From: Shigella phage ESh15
DNA: 64,000 bases
Strand: one strand, 5' to 3'
Sequence record: ON528725
A program made the position numbers and the translations under genes. Positions 58,711-64,000 of this stretch are shown one piece after another. Each line of letters begins with the position of its first letter. Position 1 is the stretch's first letter. The notes under the pieces were generated by a model that was not told the origin of the DNA, did not search any database, and saw only the letters and a list, made by a program, of their open reading frames with translations.

Positions 58711-60684
58711 ATGGCAAACACTCCTGTAAATTATCAGTTAGTCAGAACAGCGAATGCTATTCCCGAGATTTTTATCGGGGGCACATTTGCCGAAATCAAA
58801 CAAAACATTATCGAATGGCTCAATGGACAGAACGAATTTCTTGATTATGATTTTGAAGGTTCACGCTTAAACGTATTGTGCGACCTTTTAGCATATAACA
58901 CTCTTTACATCCAACAGTTCAGTAATAGTGCAGTGTATGAAAGTTTTATGCGTACTGCAAACTTGCGTAGTTCTGTTGTACAAGCGGCTCAAGATAACGG
59001 ATATCTGCCTTCATCTAAATCAGCAGCGCAAACAGAAATTATGCTCACATGTACAGATGCATTAAATAGAAACTATATCACCATTCCACGTGGTACTCGT
59101 TTCTTAGCATATGCTAAAGATACTTCTGTTAACCCGTATAACTTTGTTTCTACTGAAGATGTCATTGTAGTTAAAGACAAAAATAACCAATATTTTCCAC
59201 GTCTTCGATTAGCTCAAGGACGTATTGTTCGCACTGAATTAACATTTGATAGATTAAAACCTATCATTATTCGTGATAAGAATATTGACCGTAATTTGGT
59301 TAAGTTGTATGTTGACGGAGCAGAATGGATTAACTGGACTCGTAAGTCGATGGTTCATGCTGGTTCTACATCAACAATCTATTATATGCGTGAAACTGTT
59401 GATGGTAACACCGAATTTTATTTTGGTGAAGGCGAAATCTCTATTAACACATCAGAAGGTGCGTTAACATCTAACTATATTGGTGGCCTTAAACCTGTTC
59501 AGGGTTCTAAAATCGTAATTGAGTATATTTCTACTAATGGCGCAGATGCTAACGGTGCTGTAGGATTTTCTTATGCTGATACATTAGCTAATATCACGGT
59601 AATCGATATTAATGAGAACCCTAGCAATAACCCAGACTTTGTCGGGGCTGATGGTGGCGGTGACCCTGAAGATATTGAACGTATTCGAGAATTAGGCACA
59701 ATTAAACGCGAAACTCAACAACGTTGTGTAACCGCTTCCGACTATGACACATTCGTCTCTGAGCGGTTTGGTTCTATTATTCAAGCAGTTCAAACATTCA
59801 CAGATTCATCTAAACCAGGGTACGCATATATTGCTGCTAAGCCTAAATCTGGATTGTATTTGACTTCTGTTCAACGCGACGACATCAAAAACTATTTAAA
59901 TGATTATAACTTAGGGACTATTACTCCTGTTGTTATTTCGCCTGATTATTTGTTTATCAAAATGAATATCAAAGTTACATACGCGTTGAATAAACTCCAA
60001 GAATCAGAACAATATCTTGAAGGGCAAATTATTAATAAAATTGACCGTTATTATATTGAAGATGTAGAAATTTTTAACTCATCATTTGCAAAATCTAAAA
60101 TGCTAACTTATGTCGATGATGCAGATATTTCTATTATTGGTTCTTCGGCTACTATTCAAATGGTTCGCGAAGTACAGAACTTTTATAAAACGCCTGAGGC
60201 CGGTATTAAATACAATAATCAGATTAAAGATAGATCGATGGAATCTAATATATTCTCGTTTGATTCGCACAGACCTAATCCAGAAAATGCAAACGAAACT
60301 ATTAAATACGGTGTTCGCATAGTATCTTCCGACCGTAATGACCGTGGCATAGGTCAAGTTATTATTGGTCCATTTGCAGACGGTGATGTTGTTGAAAACG
60401 AAAATATACAACCTTATACAGGTGATGATTTTAATAAACTTACTGTTACTGACGGACGAAACAAATACTATTCAATTGGTGAAGTGAATTATCCTGCCGA
60501 TTCGATTTATTGGAACATTGCTAAAATTGACCTCACTTCAGATCGTTTTGAAGTTCAAACAATTGAACTTTATTCAGACCCTGCAGATGATATTATTTTT
60601 ACAAAGGATGGTTCTTTAATCGTATTCGAAAATGACTTACGTCCTCAGTACTTAACTATAGATTTGGAGCCTATTTCACAATGA
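58711..60684 (+). CDS. 6: baseplate wedge subunit
   Basis: 657 aa from MANTPVNYQLV with AGGAA RBS; synteny. Confidence 0.9.
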   Translation: MANTPVNYQLVRTANAIPEIFIGGTFAEIKQNIIEWLNGQNEFLDYDFEGSRLNVLCDLLAYNTLYIQQFSNSAVYESFMRTANLRSSVVQAAQDNGYLPSSKSAAQTEIMLTCTDALNRNYITIPRGTRFLAYAKDTSVNPYNFVSTEDVIVVKDKNNQYFPRLRLAQGRIVRTELTFDRLKPIIIRDKNIDRNLVKLYVDGAEWINWTRKSMVHAGSTSTIYYMRETVDGNTEFYFGEGEISINTSEGALTSNYIGGLKPVQGSKIVIEYISTNGADANGAVGFSYADTLANITVIDINENPSNNPDFVGADGGGDPEDIERIRELGTIKRETQQRCVTASDYDTFVSERFGSIIQAVQTFTDSSKPGYAYIAAKPKSGLYLTSVQRDDIKNYLNDYNLGTITPVVISPDYLFIKMNIKVTYALNKLQESEQYLEGQIINKIDRYYIEDVEIFNSSFAKSKMLTYVDDADISIIGSSATIQMVREVQNFYKTPEAGIKYNNQIKDRSMESNIFSFDSHRPNPENANETIKYGVRIVSSDRNDRGIGQVIIGPFADGDVVENENIQPYTGDDFNKLTVTDGRNKYYSIGEVNYPADSIYWNIAKIDLTSDRFEVQTIELYSDPADDIIFTKDGSLIVFENDLRPQYLTIDLEPISQ

Positions 60685-63600
60685 CAGTAAAAGCGCCAGC
60701 AGTCACAAGTCTCAGAATATCCAAGTTGTCCGCTAACCAAGTTCAAATACGCTGGGATGACGTTGGTGCTAATTTCTACTATTTTGTAGAAATCGCTGAG
60801 ACTAAAACGGCAGACGGGGAAATAATTCCCCCTGCCAGCTATAGATGGATAAATTTAGGATATACTCCTAATAGCAACTGGTTCGAAAGTAGCTTAGACC
60901 CATTAACTTCTTATATTATTCGTGTATCAACTGCCGCCGAAGGCTTCGAGAGATCTGATTGGGTATATACCGAAATATTTGAATCATTTCAGACTAACGC
61001 GTATACATTTCAACATATGATTGAAATGCAATTGGCCAACACTTTTATTAGAGAAAAATTTACAAATAACAACATGGCTTATGTCGATTTTAATAACGAC
61101 ACTATAATGGCAGCTCTAATGAATGAATCGTTCCAATTTAGCCCTGCTTATGCGGATATTTCATCTATTAAAAATTTCATTATTGGCGAAAATGAGTATC
61201 ATGAAATTCAAGGTTCGATTCAACAGGTGTGTCATGATATAAACCGTGTTTATTTGATGGAATCTGAAGGAATTCTTTATTTGTTTGAACGGTATCAGCC
61301 TGTGGTTAAAGTCTCTAATGATAAGGGACAAACCTGGAAATCGGTTAAATTGTTTAATGACCGTGTAGGGTACCCTGTATCAAGAACAGTGTATTACCAG
61401 ACAGATTACACCACGTATGTTCTTGGGTATGATAAATTATTTTACGGCCGTAAATCAACTGACGTTCGTTGGTCTGCTGATGATGTGAGATTTAGTTCTC
61501 AAGATATAACATTTGCTAAAATTGGTGATCAGTTAAATTTAGGATTTGATGTAGAAATATTTGGTAACTACGCATCATTACCTGCTAACGTATCACGTAT
61601 TGCAGAAGCTATCGTTTGTAATGATGATTATGTATATGTTGCTGCTCGAGATAAAGTTCGGTTTATTAAAACTAGTAATGCCCCTATTGATTCAGACCCG
61701 TTATCTCCAACATATTCCGAACGTTTGTTTGAACAAGAAACATTTAACATCACAGGTAACCCTAAGGCAGTTTGTTATAAAATGGATTCTGTCGGTGGTA
61801 AAATATTTGCACTGATTATCGGTGAAGTTGTTAATCTTAACGATGACCCGAGGACTACTCCTATTGTTGATTCTGCTGATAAGGGTATTTACGTTCTAGA
61901 CCATGATGCTGGCACATTTAAACGTGTGTTTGGTAATACTGAAGAAGAACGCCGTCGTATTGAACCAGGGTACACCAGTATGTCTACTGATGGTGTTGAG
62001 TTATCTATTTCATCTAGTAATTTTAAATTTCTAGAATCGGATATTGTTGATGACCAAAAAACACAAGTCAAGTACGGTTTAATCGGTGCTGTTAAATATG
62101 AGTATCCTCGTGAATGGCTGGCTGATAAACATTATCATATGATGGCATTTATTTCAACTGAAGACTCTCAATGGGAATCGTTCACTCCCCAACCAATGGA
62201 ATACTATGCTGAGCCATTCTTTAGTTATTCTAGAAAGTCTGGTACTCGTTGTTGGATTAATAACTCAGACAAGGCCGTTGTAATTTATTCTGATTTACTT
62301 TACACTAAGGTTATTGAGAATCATCCACTTAGTTCTTCAGACCGTGAAGTTCATGAATATTGGAAGGACGGTGACTGTACAATAGTGATGCCTAACGTAG
62401 ATTTCACTGGATTTAAAAAATATGCTTCCGGTATGATTTTCTATAAATCATCAGGTGAGATTATTTCTTATTATGATTTTAGTTATCGTGTTAGAGATAA
62501 TGTTTCTATAATTTGGAAGCCTACTAATATATTCTTAACAGCATCATTACAAAACCAAGAAAAAGATACCACATGGACTCCTGTAGAAGAGAACGGTATT
62601 GCAGACCCGGATTTACGACCATTGCTCACTACAATGATGCCAGAGTCTTATCTTTTAGATAATACAAACTTTGAAGCATTCTGCGAGGCTTATATTCAGT
62701 ATCTTTCTGACGGTTATGGGACCCATTATAACAACCTTTTAAATCTTATTAAAAATCAATATCCGCGAGAAGAACATGCGTGGGAATACTTATGGTCTGA
62801 GATTTATAAACGAAACATTTACTTAAACGCCGAAAAACGCGATTTAGTGTCTCGTTTCTTTGAATCAAGAAGTTATGACTTCTATTCAACTAAAGGAACT
62901 GAAGCATCATATAAATTCTTGTTTAAAGTGCTTTATAACGAAGATGTTGAAATTGAAATTGAATCTAGTTCCGGGACCGAATATGATATCATCATTGAAT
63001 CTGATTCGTTGACAGAAGATTTGGTCGGACAAACCATATACACCGCGACAGGACGTTGTAATGTGACGTATATCGAGAGAAGTTACTCTAAAGGTAAATT
63101 ACAATGGACCGTAACAATTCACAACCTCTTAGGTCGTTTAATCCAAGGACAGGAAGTTAAAGCTGAAAGACTCCCTGGTTTTGAAGGTGAAATTGTTCGT
63201 GGTATTAAAGGTAAAGAGCTTTCTCAGAACAACATCGATTATATAAATCGTGGTAGAGCATACTACGTAATGAAGATTAAATCTAAACTTCCATCGTCTC
63301 GTTGGAAATCAGACGTATTACGTTTTGTTCATCCGGTTGGATTTGGATTTATCGCAATTACCCTTCTCACAATGTTTATTAACACCGGATTAACACTTAA
63401 ACATGTTGAAACCATTATTAATAAATACAAAAACTATAAGTGGGATTCTGGATTACCGACTAAATATGCAGACCGAGTGGCTAAATTAGACCCACAAGGA
63501 AATGTTGAGTTTGACCCTATTACAGGTAAAGCGATATATGAAATAGGCCCTATGGCTGGTCAAGATTATCCATTGCCTGAAGATTATAACGCTGAAAACA

Positions 63601-63779
63601 ATAACTCCATATTTCAAGGTCAACTTCCATCGGAACGACGTAAACTGATGAGCCCATTATTTGATGCGTCCGGAACAACATTCTCTAGATTTAGAGATTT
63701 AGTTGAACAACGGTTAATCGATAATGTAGGAAATCCAAGAGACCCCGTGAATCCACCACAGGTTAAATTAGATGAATGA
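60681..63779 (+). CDS. 7: baseplate wedge initiator
   Basis: 1032 aa, same length as T4 gp7; 4-nt overlap with gene 6. Confidence 0.9.
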   Translation: MTVKAPAVTSLRISKLSANQVQIRWDDVGANFYYFVEIAETKTADGEIIPPASYRWINLGYTPNSNWFESSLDPLTSYIIRVSTAAEGFERSDWVYTEIFESFQTNAYTFQHMIEMQLANTFIREKFTNNNMAYVDFNNDTIMAALMNESFQFSPAYADISSIKNFIIGENEYHEIQGSIQQVCHDINRVYLMESEGILYLFERYQPVVKVSNDKGQTWKSVKLFNDRVGYPVSRTVYYQTDYTTYVLGYDKLFYGRKSTDVRWSADDVRFSSQDITFAKIGDQLNLGFDVEIFGNYASLPANVSRIAEAIVCNDDYVYVAARDKVRFIKTSNAPIDSDPLSPTYSERLFEQETFNITGNPKAVCYKMDSVGGKIFALIIGEVVNLNDDPRTTPIVDSADKGIYVLDHDAGTFKRVFGNTEEERRRIEPGYTSMSTDGVELSISSSNFKFLESDIVDDQKTQVKYGLIGAVKYEYPREWLADKHYHMMAFISTEDSQWESFTPQPMEYYAEPFFSYSRKSGTRCWINNSDKAVVIYSDLLYTKVIENHPLSSSDREVHEYWKDGDCTIVMPNVDFTGFKKYASGMIFYKSSGEIISYYDFSYRVRDNVSIIWKPTNIFLTASLQNQEKDTTWTPVEENGIADPDLRPLLTTMMPESYLLDNTNFEAFCEAYIQYLSDGYGTHYNNLLNLIKNQYPREEHAWEYLWSEIYKRNIYLNAEKRDLVSRFFESRSYDFYSTKGTEASYKFLFKVLYNEDVEIEIESSSGTEYDIIIESDSLTEDLVGQTIYTATGRCNVTYIERSYSKGKLQWTVTIHNLLGRLIQGQEVKAERLPGFEGEIVRGIKGKELSQNNIDYINRGRAYYVMKIKSKLPSSRWKSDVLRFVHPVGFGFIAITLLTMFINTGLTLKHVETIINKYKNYKWDSGLPTKYADRVAKLDPQGNVEFDPITGKAIYEIGPMAGQDYPLPEDYNAENNNSIFQGQLPSERRKLMSPLFDASGTTFSRFRDLVEQRLIDNVGNPRDPVNPPQVKLDE

Positions 63780-64000
63780 TTCAAGTGTTATCTATCGTGC
63801 AATAGTTACATCAAAATTTAGAACAGAGAAAATGCTGAATTTTTATAATTCAGTCGGGGATGGAGATGATAAGAACTCCATTTATATTACGTTTGGACGT
63901 TCAGAGCCTTGGGCGTCAAATGAAAATGAGGTGGGCTTCGCCCCACCTTATCCTACAGATTCTGTTCTTGGTGTTACTGATATGTGGACCCATATGATGG
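63772..64000 (+). CDS. 8: baseplate wedge subunit, N-terminal part (runs past window end)
   Basis: MNDSSVIYRAIVTSKFRTEKMLNFYNS matches T4 gp8 N-terminus; start overlaps gene 7 stop. Confidence 0.9.
   Translation, partial: MNDSSVIYRAIVTSKFRTEKMLNFYNSVGDGDDKNSIYITFGRSEPWASNENEVGFAPPYPTDSVLGVTDMWTHMM

Overview
This window is a T4-type (Tevenvirinae) phage genome segment running from the gene 42 region through the replication module to the baseplate genes. Everything from position 1 to ~55520 is on the minus strand and gene-dense; from ~55580 the late baseplate genes (53, 5, 5.1, 5.4, 6, 7, start of 8) are on the plus strand. The DNA polymerase N-terminus matches, from memory, the RB69 polymerase rather than T4, so this is RB69 or a close relative. 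The recognisable backbone is 42, 43, regA, 62, 44, 45, 46, 47, 55, nrdG, nrdD, 49, nrdC, rI, tk, regB, denV, e, nudE, two tRNAs, 57B, 57A, 1, 3, 2, 4. The most interesting feature is a four-gene sugar-activation cassette between gene 43 and gene 42 (SIS-domain sugar-phosphate isomerase, bifunctional nucleotidyltransferase/kinase, HAD-like phosphatase, Cys-rich protein). This sits where T4 has imm, and no alpha-glucosyltransferase gene lies between 47 and 55. I interpret it as a candidate pathway making an NDP-pentose for hydroxymethylcytosine glycosylation (arabinosyl-hmC has been reported for RB69-like phages); the enzyme assignments are my inference from motifs. Other notable items are eight internal-protein genes with the capsid-targeting N-terminus, promoters embedded in SD/anti-SD hairpins, a tRNA-like non-coding region next to two intact tRNAs, a GrcA-type glycyl-radical protein, and a tandem paralog trio with a conserved C-terminus. 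All identifications are by eye from motifs and synteny with no database search; hand-derived coordinates for promoters, hairpins, small ORFs and RNAs may be off by 1-2 nt.
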